Of a DNA stretch of 64,000 nt, positions 24,842 to 38,652 are shown in pieces. Within the stretch, counting starts at the first letter, position 1; each line of letters starts with the position of its first letter. Location: assembly GCA_036630325.1 (NCBI GenBank), contig CP142735.1:558001-622000 (forward strand), read 5' to 3'. Both the position numbers and the translations under genes were made by a program. Under the pieces are notes generated by a model. The model searched no databases. It had not been told where the DNA came from and worked only from the letters and a program-made list of their open reading frames with translations. Source of the DNA: Vairimorpha necatrix. Taxonomy: Eukaryota.

Positions 24842-25354
24842 GGTCTTGAATGTTTTTATTTTGAAATTGACAAACATTTATTAGTAAAATATATTTCATA
24901 ATAATTTTGATTTTTTTTAAAAATTTTATAAAGATTAAATAAATTTTTGTTTTTAAATGTTGTATGCAAATGTTATCTCTTTTATTTACGTATTCATTAT
25001 TGCATATTATATATAGTAATCTTATTAGTATCTTCTTGTAATATTTCAAAAAATCACGGCCTTTTTTTGCTTTTTTAAGGGGTAAAAATTGAGTAAAGTT
25101 CTCAATTTACGAGGAAGCTATAAAATATACACAAATTTGTCTTATTAGATTAGTTTACCAAAAAACTAAATTTTATTTTATTATGCAAATATCATGAAAT
25201 TTTGTTTTATATTTGTTTTCAAGTTATAATATTATGGTTCTTATCCAGTTTTCTAGTATTTATGTTATAATGTTATATGTTTTGAAGCTGTAAATGTTGC
25301 CCTTTTCTTTTTTTCAAATTTCTCTTTTTTAAAATTTCGAATATTTCCCCTTAG

Positions 25355-27025
25355 ATGAAGATCGAGATATTTAAGCAAATAGATTACAAACCCCAATCAA
25401 TCACATCTTTATCATCTACTGACTCATATATCTATTTGTTTAGATCTAATAAATCTTGTAATATTCTTAATTCTATGACTTTACGGCCAGTTTTCTCCTT
25501 TTATACTGGTCTCATTATTAAAAAATCTATAACTTATAAAAATTTTATAATTTGCATTTCTGCAATGGACGAACTTATTTGGATAAATTTACAAGACTTT
25601 ACTGTAACAAAAAAAAATATTGGCTATAAAATTACAGATTTTATAATTCATAATGAGAAATTTTTAGTATCTACATATAATGGATTTATACTAGAAATAG
25701 AAGAGGAAAATATTACTATCAAGTATAAAACATCTGTTTTATTATCTTGTATTTATCATTTTGGAGATTATTTTCTGATTGGCGGAAAAGATAAAATTTT
25801 TATTTTTGATGAAAATTTTATTTTAAAAAATGAATTTGAGTTTGACGAAGGTCTGATCAATAAAATAGAACATTTTAGTGATAATAAATTTGGATTTGTA
25901 ACTAACACAGGGTATTTTATATTATTAGATATTGGTCTATTACATGTAATACAAAAAACTAAAGTTAGAAACTCCTCATTAAATACTTTATTAATAATTT
26001 CTGATGTATTTTATACATCAGGAAGTGACAGTAGATTAATTTCATATAAATTTACAAAGAATTTGTTTGTAAAAGCCTACCAAGTAGATTTACATGATGG
26101 AATTAGTAATTGTTCAATTTACGATAATAATAGAATATTAGTAGGGAATACAGATGGCACACTGAGTGTATTAATTCCACAAAAAGATAAATTCAAGTAT
26201 TTGAAGATTTATGATACAAATGTACAAGTGGTTTCCAGTAAAGAAAAATTACTTATTAATAATAGAACTAATTTAGAGATATTTAGTCTAAGTAAAGTTA
26301 AAATGTATGAGTTGGAAAAATTTACTACTAATAAGATATCAGAATCATGTACTTTCAAATTACCAAAGGCAATAATCAATGATCTGTCAGTTAGAAATAT
26401 TCCATATAAAAATTTATTAAGAATTTATAGTAAATTTATAACATCAGCATATTTAGAAAACAACTTGATAATTTATAGTGACGAAAAAGATACTAAAATA
26501 TTAGAAATGAACAAATCAAATGTCTCAAAAATAGAAGTGGAAATTTTAAAAAATTTTAAGAGCAAAAAAATTTTTAGTACTAAAAAAAATTTTCATTTTA
26601 TTGATTATTTTGATAATATGAAAAGTATAGACAAGAAAACATACGAACTTAAGCAAGAATGTAGTAAAAAAGACAATGAAGAAGAAAATGAAGTTTTTAT
26701 AAATCAAATCGGGGAATATAAACTTGTAGAAATAAAGTCTTACGATACACTAAAGAAGTATAAAATTTATTTTGGGGACAAAGAAAAAAAGAGCGTAGAA
26801 ATATTTGATATAATACAAAATATATTTTTATTTGAGGAAGAGGTATGGTACTTTACACAATCTTATATTTATAATATTGAAAGAGATTTTAAATATGAAC
26901 TTGGTTATATTATTTATGACATCAAAATCATCAACGAAAAGATAGTCGTCGTTATGAATGATTGGAAATATCTAAAGAAATATGTAGAACAAGGAAGTTA
27001 TAAGAAAAAATATTCTACTAAATAA
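25355..27025 (+). CDS. UTP4: WD40/beta-propeller protein, probable U3 snoRNP subunit UTP4 (cirhin)
   Basis: N-terminus FKQIDYKPQSITSLS resembles the Utp4 N-terminal motif (RFxDYxPxxITSLA). WD-like repeats FYTSGSDSRLISY and LVGNTDGTLSV. CCCC before the ATG. Confidence 0.6.
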   Translation: MKIEIFKQIDYKPQSITSLSSTDSYIYLFRSNKSCNILNSMTLRPVFSFYTGLIIKKSITYKNFIICISAMDELIWINLQDFTVTKKNIGYKITDFIIHNEKFLVSTYNGFILEIEEENITIKYKTSVLLSCIYHFGDYFLIGGKDKIFIFDENFILKNEFEFDEGLINKIEHFSDNKFGFVTNTGYFILLDIGLLHVIQKTKVRNSSLNTLLIISDVFYTSGSDSRLISYKFTKNLFVKAYQVDLHDGISNCSIYDNNRILVGNTDGTLSVLIPQKDKFKYLKIYDTNVQVVSSKEKLLINNRTNLEIFSLSKVKMYELEKFTTNKISESCTFKLPKAIINDLSVRNIPYKNLLRIYSKFITSAYLENNLIIYSDEKDTKILEMNKSNVSKIEVEILKNFKSKKIFSTKKNFHFIDYFDNMKSIDKKTYELKQECSKKDNEEENEVFINQIGEYKLVEIKSYDTLKKYKIYFGDKEKKSVEIFDIIQNIFLFEEEVWYFTQSYIYNIERDFKYELGYIIYDIKIINEKIVVVMNDWKYLKKYVEQGSYKKKYSTK

Positions 27026-27106
27026 AAATTTTTATTAGATTTATTCATGTTTTTATAAGAATTTGTTTTGTACGCAATGTGGGCTAAAATAACCAAACAT
27101 AATCAT

Positions 27107-27769
27107 TTATTTAGTAAGTTCGGAATAATCATATATTATTTCATCGACCCGAGCTCTTTCTGCCCCATACACTGGTTTTCCTATGTACTCGATTTTCACA
27201 TCATCCAGTACATGTTCACTAGAAGTCTTCTTGTGAGTATAAATTGGAACATATCTTCGTTTTCTTACATTGAATATCTTATCGTATTTTTCTTCTTTAA
27301 ACAATTTCAAAATTTTATTATTATCATTTTCATCCATTTTTAAGTCTATAGACTCGATTATCCTTTTTTTAAATTTTTTATTGATTAATTTCAATATTAA
27401 TTTATAACTATGGAAAGCCAATGAATCAATAAAAGTCGAATCATACAAATATTTAGTGTTATATTTCTTATTTAAAAAATACTCCAGTAAAAAATGTTTA
27501 AAATCAACTAATAGAACATTTCTGTTGATAAAAAGATTCTCAGATGATATTTTTTTTATCATCTTTTTTATTTCTGGGTGTTTACAGATACTTAAGAAAT
27601 AATCAGTGACCAATTTATTATAGCGTTTTAAATTAGTAGTCTTGGCTATATTGTCAAAATTAATATCTAGAAATTTATCTTCTACAGAATTAATTTGTTC
27701 ATCTGTCTTGAATATATCAGGAGAGGAAGTGGACAAGACATGACAGGCGAAGAAGAAAAGAAAATACAT
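27107..27769 (-). CDS. Hypothetical secreted protein (220 aa)
   Basis: Signal peptide MYFLFFFACHVLS; CCCCCTTT before the ATG; convergent with UTP4. Confidence 0.8.
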   Translation of the reverse strand: MYFLFFFACHVLSTSSPDIFKTDEQINSVEDKFLDINFDNIAKTTNLKRYNKLVTDYFLSICKHPEIKKMIKKISSENLFINRNVLLVDFKHFLLEYFLNKKYNTKYLYDSTFIDSLAFHSYKLILKLINKKFKKRIIESIDLKMDENDNNKILKLFKEEKYDKIFNVRKRRYVPIYTHKKTSSEHVLDDVKIEYIGKPVYGAERARVDEIIYDYSELTK

Positions 27770-30700
27770 AAAGGGGGATGGTAAATTAATTTATAGTGAT
27801 TATGGTAGATTAAATTTATTGCATATTTAAATAAAAGATAATGTAATAGAAGAGGATAACTAAAAAACAAAAATTTTTAATTAAAACGCAAAATTTAATT
27901 AAAAATAGAGTTTATTGTAAATTTTTTTTTACATCTTTGATAATTTGTAAAGTTATAGACTAAGACGCTTTCTCAATCGAATTAACTGTTAATTAGAAAC
28001 TTCAATTTGACACCAGAGCGTAAACCACGATCATTTATCATTTTTCGGAGTAAATCGCTAACTTGAACATAACAAGCAGAATGTGAAAGAAAATATTACA
28101 CTAGACTGTATGAAGCATTTTTAAAATTTTTAACCTCAATGTAACATGAAATGTACCTAAAAACTATTAAACTCCCCAATGTGAGACTAAAAAAAAACAA
28201 ACTTCTTTTGAAAAAAATTATTACGTCAAAACACTCGAATCACGCGTCAAATATCTTTACACCTTGTAGTAATAGCATGTGCAAGATATATTTATTATAA
28301 GTTTAACCAAAATAAAAAACGAGGCTTTTAAGATGTGCGGCTGTAGTGCGCAAAAATTAAAATTTACTAAATCAACATTTATGAGCAAAGTATATATCTA
28401 GAAAATTCAGTGTTAAACATCTTCTTTAATTATGTGGCTCATAGTTAGCAAACAAGAACTTTGCTTAAAAAGACACGAGTTCCACCAAAAAAAGACTTAA
28501 TTTTTTTTGCATAAATCTTCATATAAATCAATAAAAAATTCTATTTTAAAAGTAATTTTAGCATAATGAACTAATATTTTATACAAAATCCAATTCTTTT
28601 GCAGTGTAAAATTGAAGTTTTTACGGAATTTTTACAGTTCCCACGCATTAAGTTTGTAAAAGCTATGTTTGGTCGCAATACCGAGATTATAAAAATACTA
28701 ATTAAATAGTATAATTAATAAAAACTAGATTTCTTATATTGGAACCCAAAAGATATAAATATATTAGTCCTGAATTGCAACGAAAAATCCGTGTATCAAC
28801 ATTTTTTATATAAAAGTTAATATAAAGAACGATGTTGTCATACAAGTTAAAATTTAGTGTCCAAGATGTCATTTCGGGCATTTCCATCACTAGGCATAGT
28901 TTTTTGATCATCAGAAAGACTTTTTCGTCGTTTGACTTTGAGCTAACGTATTCAATATTTAGGTTTTAATAATATCAAGACTTTCATCAAGAGTGAACCC
29001 GATGAGTTGTATTTATACCTTTAGCAAATCAAAACATATCTCTATAATTTGATAGCAGTTCTGCATTATTTTTATATATTTTGGCTTGTCCAAATAATTA
29101 CGATATCATGTAACTTGCCTTGCTTTCCCTACTTACTTTTTTTTATCCCAAAATCTTTTAACTGAGGAAATTTCGAGGCAATTATATTAATTAGCATTGA
29201 TTTCAGAGATCTCTCCAGTATCTGGTGCATTGGTGTTATTAAAATTGTCTTATAGTCTTTTTTAGCTTATCCATTAGAATTAAATTTATTCTTTATTTTA
29301 AATGTAGTAAATTCCTCTCTGTGTCGCTAATAAGAGCTATTGGTTTTTTTGATCGAATATCGCCTTATAACCTGTCTTCAAATTCATAGGCCTGAAAAAA
29401 TAGTCTCCTCTATCGTATTAAGCTATTCTTTGTTCTAACAAATTTCATCATTTTTATGATCTTGAAGCCTATTCTCGAGGAAAATACATATCATTATTTT
29501 AACCGTTTCTGCACCTTATATATATTAATTTTTTCTAGTACCAATGACATTTGACATAGACAAGCACAAATGTATAATTAGTTATATTGGTGAAGCTAAA
29601 GTTTCTGATTTATACTTTTCCATATGAGAAAAAAAAATTAACATGTGCCTCGGCCATGCTGAATATTTTATAATATTTTTGACAAAGTTGATATCATTTG
29701 TGATGATTTCTTTTATATAAATTTTTTTTTAAATTTAAATCTTAAAATTTCCGTCAGTTTAAATCTGATTTTCCTAAGAAAAAAATGTTCTTATTTTCTG
29801 TCTTACCTCTGCAAAAAAAATAAATTACTTCTAATATACTTGTCTAGTAAGTTGTTTTCTATAAAGAGGATGAATATTTAATTTTTTATACATAATAAAC
29901 ACAAATTAGAAATATTATGATTAAATTTTGAGCAAGTTGATTTTTTTGAAAGTAATTTAATTTTAATACTAAAAATAAAAAAAAATTAGTGGTATTCTAT
30001 CAGTTATAGTAAAAAGAATGTAAAGTTCTTAAAACTATTACTGTTTGCTAATTTTGTTATAAATAGTTTGTGAAAAGTACACAAAGTATTTGATACTTTT
30101 TATCCTATACATTTTAAACCTTTTGTATACAACAATACTTACCGTCAGATCAAATTACTTGATATTTTTGAGCTATAATAGGTTTACAATAATTAACTTA
30201 CATTATTAGGTCCGTTAATAAACATTTAAAATATATGTATGACAGGTCATAATCAGAAATTTTAAACACAGAATTAAATTGTATCAACCATAATAAATAA
30301 TTGAATTATATAATACCACGGGGATACTTGGAACTAAAGTCGTTGGTTAAAACAATCTATAAGTTTATCTCGAATCTTTGCATCCCTTTCCGCCTCATTT
30401 AGTCGTATAAAATGTTTTGTCATTGTTGTTTTAAAATGTAAGCATCAATGGCAATTATTTTATAATGTAATTGTGATATTTTACTATGTTCTTTGATAAT
30501 CTGCAATTCATATACAACGTAAAGATTTGCCGCAACTAACTACATATAAAATAAGTTTATGAATAAACAGAAAAAAAATATTTAAATGAATCTAATTAAT
30601 TCTTCTAATATAGCATATATTATCGATATCAACAAAACATATAAGTTTTTGTTTAATAAAATAGTAATTGATATGATAATTCGTGTGATATTATTGTTGT

Positions 30701-31764
30701 CATAATCCCCAAGATGGATTAGGATTATCAACTAGTGCTATTAGACTGTGAAAAAATCATTTGACCTGAATTTTTTCATAGGCTGTTAAATGAAAATCGT
30801 ATGTAATTCTCGATACTAGTTTATTTTTTTTTCTTAAATTTCCAAATCTTCAAATAACCATAAAAATAAAAGTAGTTTAGAGAGCGAATTAACTCTTATC
30901 TAGAGATGTTACGCAAAAGGTCTACATGAATACTTACATATCATGAGGAGACATGCAATTTATTGTAAACAATGAAAATTAAAATATTGATTGACAATAT
31001 TTAAATTTTAGTCTTAATAAGACCCAAGGACTGTAAGGATGCATGTTTTAACGGATCCTCTCAAGAGTATCTTTTACAAAATTTTGATAAATTTTGTCCG
31101 CTGTCCAATCAATACTCACATGTTGATACTGACAAATAAGAATGTTATAGGATAAATACGCTAGAAGTATGCGATTTGTTTATTTTGACATGGAACCGCC
31201 AAACCTTCGAACTTTTTATTTTGTTTTTTTTACAAACAATCACGACAAATCTTGAAAAAGGTGGCATTTCCACTAAAACATTTTATTTTGTGACAAGTAC
31301 AAAATAAAAATATTTTTTATGAAATTCTTTAATTTTGTTAAAAATTATATCGATTTTTTGCTTAGAAAATTGAAAAACTTGTATTCCGTTGTTGGTTCAA
31401 AATATAACAAACAGAAGATTAAATTGTATATATACGATTTCTTTTTAAAAAATTGTCGTAACCTCGACGGAGGTGTCCAAAACGAAGTTGTCGTTCCAAA
31501 AGTGAACAAATAAATGATTAATTTAAAATTAAAGTTTTATTGTGCTGATCTCGCTGTGGAGTCATGTAAGTTAATCGTCTGTTTGTTTGATCTTTTCTAT
31601 TCATTTTGTATGCCTTTCTTTAAATATTTTTTGTTTATAAAAAATATTTTCTAAAAATTCACTTTTTCTAAAAATTGAAAGAGAAATATTAAAGAATTAA
31701 TTGTGGTGGATACTACAAAGTAGACTTAATATGTACTAAAAGAACGATAACCTAATTATTTTAA

Positions 31765-32511
31765 TTAAATACTAAATGAAACAAAGTCGCTATTAATATA
31801 CTTATAACAGACAGACTGCACTACAAGACAGATTCCGTTGTAAAAAATATATTCTCATCATTATTTATATGAGAATTTTCTGCTCAGATGAATTGCTTTT
31901 CTTTTCATCACCTATGGCAGTTAATTATATCATCGCCTTAATCTTTGTAATCCACGTTCTCGTCTTTAATTTCTTTCGCAAAAGATTGTGAAGATGAATC
32001 ACTACCTTCCAATGATTGATATGTCGTATTTTCAGTTATAATGTCATTAGATTTTTCATTTTCCGTTGGTCATTCAACATTCTTTGAGGTGTTTGCAATG
32101 TCAGAAGCATCGGAATTTTTATTTTCACCCGATTGATCAACAGTTAAGTTGTAATTTGTTTCATGGCTTGTTGATTGTTTAGTAAATTTATGGAATGTCA
32201 CGCTCTTCTTATTTTTTTGATGTGCTACTTTTTTGTTTTGTGATTGTTCTTTTAATATTGATTTAAGCTCCGCATTATTTTTGTCCGAATCCGTATTTTT
32301 AAACTGCTGGGCGTTAGTCTGCGTATTTCTTTCAATTCCATTATTAAAACTTGCATTTGTTTTTTCATTTGATTCATTAGTTATTATGTGTACATGTTTC
32401 TCCTTGTTTGCATGTCTCAGAATTCTGTTCTTTACTACTTATATTGTTTTTGTCTACTCCACTTCCTTCAGTTATTTTTATGTAATAAGCAAAAATATCT
32501 AAAAGATTCAT
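31765..32511 (-). pseudogene. Pseudogene of an orphan surface protein (N/S/E/K-rich body, C-terminal TM)
   Basis: CCCCAAT-ATG MNLLDIFAYYIK..., then frameshifted hydrophilic coding (KSVTFHKF, DSSSQSFAKE) ending in SLSVISILIATLFHLVFN. Several stops. Confidence 0.6.
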
Positions 32512-34556
32512 ATTGGGGCTAAATAAATTTTTTATTTAATTCTCATAAGAATAGCAAAAACGATACATTTGAACTTTCGATTTCTTAGTAAAACCTGATA
32601 TGTATTTTGGCTTGTAATTTTCAATTGTATATTGATTTTGCTGTTTGACATTCCCATCAGATTGTGCAACTACCAAATAAAAATTTTACATGTGTTATTA
32701 TTTTATAAACAGAAATTATTACAAAGCAGTAAAAACTATAAATTTCTTGGGTTATAAAAAAACATTAACAATATTATATTCTTTAAACCAATGTGTCATA
32801 TAGATAAGTAAAAAACACACATGGATGAATGAGAAGGACGAATAAAAAATTTTTTTAAAAAGCTACATGTGAATCGTAAACAAAGAACCAAAATAAAAGA
32901 TAAATTTTGTAGAAAATCTCTTTCTAAAAGAAAGCTCATTCTACAAATTAATTTATTGTTTCATATAAAAATTAGATATTAGTCGTCTGAATAAATATAA
33001 AAGTAAAGACGAAGAGTTAGTATAATTACATTATCGTTTTTTATAAAAAAATGTAATTTGTTAATTCTATCTAAAATTAACCACTCGATAGAAATATATC
33101 TTCACTGTTCATAAGTTAATATTGGAACTGTTCTGTTGATAGAATAATATTCTTTTTTTAATGTATTGAACTTGTGAATTTTAAAGAATGAATTCTTAGA
33201 AATAAAAAGAAACCCAATAAGTAAGAATTTAAAATTGTACATTAACAAATATGAAAAAATTTTAAAAATTTTTAAGTTGAATTTACAAAATATATTTTTA
33301 AAAAGTTGAGCGAAAAAATATCATTTTCTTCTTTTTAATTAATGAGAAGTAGATATTAGTATTAGATGCATAAAGTGTTGAATAGATAGAAATGAAAATT
33401 ATTTTTAGAAGTAAAAACCATCTAATATTAATATAAAGATACTATCAGGTGCTAAATAATTTTTGAAATCAAGATAATAAATTACAAAATAAATATTTTT
33501 TAATGTATAATATTTACTAGAGCCGAAAATAAGCGCATCGAGGAATTTTTACTGCAGCAAATGGTTTTGCTTCTTATTCAAGAAATTTTTATATCTTGAT
33601 TCGTATTTTATGCTATTTTCTACTTTCTTCTCGATCTCATTAAAACTTTTATCTCTCGGTGGTTTGAAGTAGGACCTCTAGCCGCTAATGATTGAGGTAT
33701 TGTTTATCGTCCCGATTTTCTTATATACTGTTTAATTACTATTTTCTAGTGAAAAGTCGTTATTACAAGCCCAAAACACTACACCTATATACCCGCGCTA
33801 TTAATATAAATAGTATTGTATTTTGGCCCTATCCTTGTTAAGCTTCAGGTTTTCATAGATATTACTTTCGTTTTATTCTTATAATGTACTATTCACATTC
33901 CTTGTACGTTTTTAGGCTTTTGCTTAATTCTTAGTGTCTTTTTTCTAAAATTAGTATTTTATTTTGATTGGGTGTCATTGGTAAAATTTCTATGTCTCTT
34001 TTATAGTTTCTCATTTTTCCGATTAATCGACAGTTGAAAAACTTCTTGTATCTCTTTGATTAAAAAAGTTTTACATTTGATGTTGCTATAAATTCTTTTT
34101 TAACCGTATGATTCATTCTTTTGGCCTTTCGTATTTTTTTCTTGATCCTTCGACTATTAATATACAAAACAAATAAGTATAAGATTATCTTATTGGGATA
34201 GGGTAGCTTTATATGGATAACGTAATGAGATAACAAAAACGGTACATTGAATATCTTAAAACTCGTACTTAACATAAATTGATTATTTTGAAACATATTT
34301 TATACTAAAAAATGCTTTTCAAAAATTTTGGGCAGTAAAATTTAACTCTAAGAGTCTTATTAATTGCAGGAAAAATCTAGACGATTTACGTTTTTGGTAA
34401 AATATTGTTTTATATTTATAAAAGCATTTTTAAAATTATAAATAAGTAATTGCGTAAAAAGAAAACTTTTAATATTAAAATTTTTTTTATAAAAATTCCA
34501 TTTATTTTGTATAAAGTAATCTTATGGCACGAAATAGTAATAAAGGCAAGCAAAGT

Positions 34557-35415
34557 GGAGCATTTTCACTTTATCCCCCCCCTTACCAATATAAATTGAG
34601 AATTTTTAAAAAATATCCCCTTTTTTCGAAATTCGAAGCGGAAAAAATGTGAAGGAGCAAAAGTCAAAAAAATAAAGTTGTAATAAAATAGCATATTTAC
34701 CAAAAATAAAACAATTGTTTTTTCGTTTTTTTTTTTCAATTTTTTAAAAATTTCCTTCTTCCAATTATTGATCAAGATTTATCTTTATTGTACATTGCAA
34801 TGTATAACAACGAAATCTCTATATAAATAATATTTATAAGGTTCATTTGCTGTTATAAATGAATATTTTTCAAGAATTAAAGAATTTTCCAAACATGTAA
34901 TATTTTACTTTTGGAGCTAAAATATAACATATCTTATTAAATTGACATTATATACGATTCAATAATTCTTTAAAGAGCATAAATATAACATAATTATTCT
35001 CTGTTTGTCTAAAAAACCATTTTAACCCTAAAAAACAAGACTAATAAATATACTACCAAACTAAGAATAACCAAACCTAGAATCTGTTTTAAACAACATA
35101 AACTGTGTATAAACATGTTTATCTTTAGCAAAAATTAAATGTAATGACAAAAGAAAGCAATGTGTTAAAACATATTTTTACAAATTTAGACTTCTATTTA
35201 ACTCATAGTTTATTAGAAAACATTATTAAATTGGTTTAAATAATATATTTTTCATAAACATGTTCAAATTAGATATTTCTAAGACCTTTTTTTTTACTTA
35301 TGTAAATTTTTCTCTGTTCCTTTCCGCTCTGGACGCTTCGACTTTTAAAAAACAGGGCTAAAAATAAAAAATTCTGTATTTATATTGGTAAGGGGGGATA
35401 AAGTGAAAATTAGCC
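34557..35415. mobile_element. Non-autonomous MITE with GG termini and 8-bp TSD (Merlin-like)
   Basis: TSD AGCAAAGT at 34549-34556 and 35416-35423. TIR GGNNNATTTTCACTTTATCCCCCCCTTACCAATATAAAT at both ends; AT-rich non-coding interior. Confidence 0.85.
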
Positions 35416-37452
35416 AGCAAAGTATATTATTTTGATACAATAACAGTTCTAATATATTACCTATCTGTATCAAATAAGCCGTTATTTCGGGATTATTGCT
35501 AAGTTTTACCAAGAATAGCTTTAGACATATAAATTAAATTTAATTGTATTTTATATTATAAAAATGTTGTAAATAAAATAATATATAATTTATCTGTTTT
35601 TTAAAACTAGACTCAACAGAAATATTTCTAAATTGCCTTCATGTAATAGAAGATATAACACCAACTAAAGTCCAGATATCAAAATGATTTCTTTGGTATT
35701 ATGAGCAAATATTTGTTAATTGTATTAATAAAATATATTCATAATGTTTAAATAGATTTATGATATTGGAGAAAAGCGTGATACAGACTATTTCATTTGT
35801 TTGCATGAAAAAAATGAATAATAAAACAGTATCAAATCTATGTCGTCATTCCATCTTTGAAGTTTCCCCATGGCCGTTATCAAGATCGTAAATTGATGAT
35901 TACTAGAAAACTGTTCGATATTTTCTTTATTGAGCCTTTTTTATTGTAAATTATACTTTTTTTTACTATGCTGCCTAAAAAAATTTTAGCGAAATTTAGG
36001 ATATATTTACTATGAAGATAAATAAAAGCTCAAGTATACGTTGTCCAATTAAGCACATAACAGAGAAATGGCACAAGAATTAAAAATAAAATCTTACTTC
36101 TGAAGAAAACCAAGAAATCTTTATAGATAAACTTTTGATGGACAGAGTTTGTTTGCCATATGCTGAAAACAAAATGAAGCAATACCTAAAAAACACCAGG
36201 CACTCATAAAAGAGATTTAAACAGAATAATATTTTCAATATGAAGATTCTGTTTCGATTCTAAGCATTCGCGAGGAGTAGACGTAACAAATTTAAATTAA
36301 CTGTCAAACTGAAATAAATATTTTAATTCTACTAAAACGTAATACAAAACGTCTCTTTACATATAATATGTCTCCTATGCCTCAAAACAAGTCAAAAACT
36401 GCTGTATGTAATCATAATGAAATATAGCATTAATCACTTATACTATTAATACAATCTAAAGTAAAAGAAGATTTGATTCTAATAATACTGTATGGTATAT
36501 TTGGTTTTAGACTGACTACACAAAACTGTCAGAATGTTTGAGTTGATTAAAAACATTATTTTTAGCACTATTATTCTATCATATATAATCAACTGAACAA
36601 TTCAGGTAAATATCTCAGGCAAATTTGGCCATAAGTAGCATTTTTTCAATAATCAAAGTTACTTATTATTTTACGCATCATATAAATTCTAATAATCAGT
36701 TGTAGTCAAATTTTCCTATTGTTGTAAAGCACATTTGTAACTGTGTAGTACAATATACCAAATACCTGTTCAGCTATATCACAGAAATTAGTAAGGTTAT
36801 TACAATCAAGCGCATTTCTAATTCAAATGTTGTTTCTTCTATGAGTTTATTAAATTCATAGTTATGTATATTGAAGCAATTTTTGACAGCATTCGTAGTT
36901 CAAATTTGCAAAAATTAATAATAATTACACATGAAGGATTAATGCGAATCAAATCTTGAGATTTAGAATATTCAACGAGAGAACACGCCTTATGAAACAT
37001 GATGCGAACGTAGTTATTACGAATTTCTGTTTTAGAAGCAATATGACAATTTCCTTTGTAAAAATGTTCTCGCAAATATGATGCTCTTTTGACATTTTTT
37101 AAAATTTTACGGTGTAATAAATATATTTAAGTTTTCTAATGTTCAAATAATTCATAAATGGTGTTATAATCTAATATGTTTCATTATAATTTCATAATCG
37201 TTCCTTTTCTAATGAATAAATTATAAACTATTAAATTATTAGTAATTTAAATCAATGTCACACATCTTTGGATACTAAGAATAGACAAATTAGATATCAC
37301 AAAATTTAATAAGTTATTAATTAAAATTACAAATAATTTTATTTTAAAATTCAAATTTCGTTTATTTATACAAAAACAGACAAATTTATTTGTCATAATT
37401 TTTTAAAATTTTTCAATAAATCTTATTTGTCCGTTATTTATTTCCCCCTTTA

Positions 37453-38652
37453 ATGAATAATTTGTTTAAAATTCAAGAAACTCTTGCCAGTGGCAGCACA
37501 TCAAAAGTAAAGAAAATTCTCACTATAGATAATAAAGAATATGCTCTTAAAATCATGCCTAAATGTATAAAAGATTCCAAATCTTTTATTAAAGAGATTT
37601 CTATTCATAAATCTTTAATTAATACTAATATAATAAAGTATATAGATTCATATGAAGACTTAGAGAATTATTATTTAGTAATGGAACTTGCTAAATTCGA
37701 GTTACATGGGTTTATAGAATGCGATATTGGTATTAATCCATCAGTAGTACATTTTTTAATTAAACAACTTATTTCTGGTATAGAATATTTACACAATAAA
37801 GGAATATGTCATAGAGATATAAAACCAGAAAATCTACTTATTGATTCTAATGGTACACTTTTAATATCTGATTTCGGATATTCTACATTTTTCCGTTATA
37901 AAGGGAAATATAGAAGATTAAAAGCTTTAGCTGGTAGTAAAGAATACATTTCGCCAGAGGTGGCGAATGAAAATTATGATGGCGAATTATGTGACATTTG
38001 GAGTATTGGTGTTTTACTTATTGTTTTATTGACAGGAACACTCCCATGGGAGTGTCCCGTCTTAGAAGACCAAAGATTTAAGACTTACATATCAATGAAA
38101 TATCATTATTATCCGCCATTTACTAAAATTAGAGGCAAAATTTTACATTTAATTAGAAATATTTTAGTAGCAGAAAAAAAAAGATTTAATATTAATAAAT
38201 TAAAAAATCATCCATGGGTACTTGAAGAGACTACAGTAAACAAATCCAATATTTTCAGATTGATGCCTATCAAAGAGAATTTTGATATTTTATTTACTCA
38301 ACCAAACAATATAAATAAGACTAGTTTTAAGACAGAATTAAAATTAAGCCAACCAATTGACAATTGTAATCAAATTTCTGAACAACATAGATTTTATAAA
38401 AACGGGAAGATTGAAGAAGTAAAAAGAGAAATTGTCGATTTATTAAAATATATGGTAGTACCACATGATATAATAGACGATGTTATAACATTTAATACTA
38501 CTGATACGAAAAGAGGAATATTAAGAGGAAAAGTGTTTTTTACTAAAGTCGAAGATTGTTGTTATATAACTATAAGGAAACTTAAAGGAGATTATAATGA
38601 ATTTAAAAAATTTTTAGGAATTTTTGGAGAAAATTATGATGAAGATTGTTAA
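37453..38652 (+). CDS. CHK1: Checkpoint kinase Chk1-like Ser/Thr kinase
   Basis: HRDIKPENLL, DFG, SPE and DIWSIG..LLTGTLPWE. The C-terminal KA1-like region TTDTKRGILRGKV...KLKGDYNEFKKF is characteristic of Chk1. Confidence 0.85.
   Translation: MNNLFKIQETLASGSTSKVKKILTIDNKEYALKIMPKCIKDSKSFIKEISIHKSLINTNIIKYIDSYEDLENYYLVMELAKFELHGFIECDIGINPSVVHFLIKQLISGIEYLHNKGICHRDIKPENLLIDSNGTLLISDFGYSTFFRYKGKYRRLKALAGSKEYISPEVANENYDGELCDIWSIGVLLIVLLTGTLPWECPVLEDQRFKTYISMKYHYYPPFTKIRGKILHLIRNILVAEKKRFNINKLKNHPWVLEETTVNKSNIFRLMPIKENFDILFTQPNNINKTSFKTELKLSQPIDNCNQISEQHRFYKNGKIEEVKREIVDLLKYMVVPHDIIDDVITFNTTDTKRGILRGKVFFTKVEDCCYITIRKLKGDYNEFKKFLGIFGENYDEDC

Noticed and set aside
28700-29645. Coding-like minus-strand relic (similar tracts at 33600-34300, 35900-36300, 60260-60930)
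   Set aside because: Heavily interrupted and not assignable without a homology search.
31192-31497. Weak inverted termini GGAACCGCCAAACCTTCG / CGAAGTTGTCGTTCC (old MITE?)
   Set aside because: Poor TIR match and no TSD.
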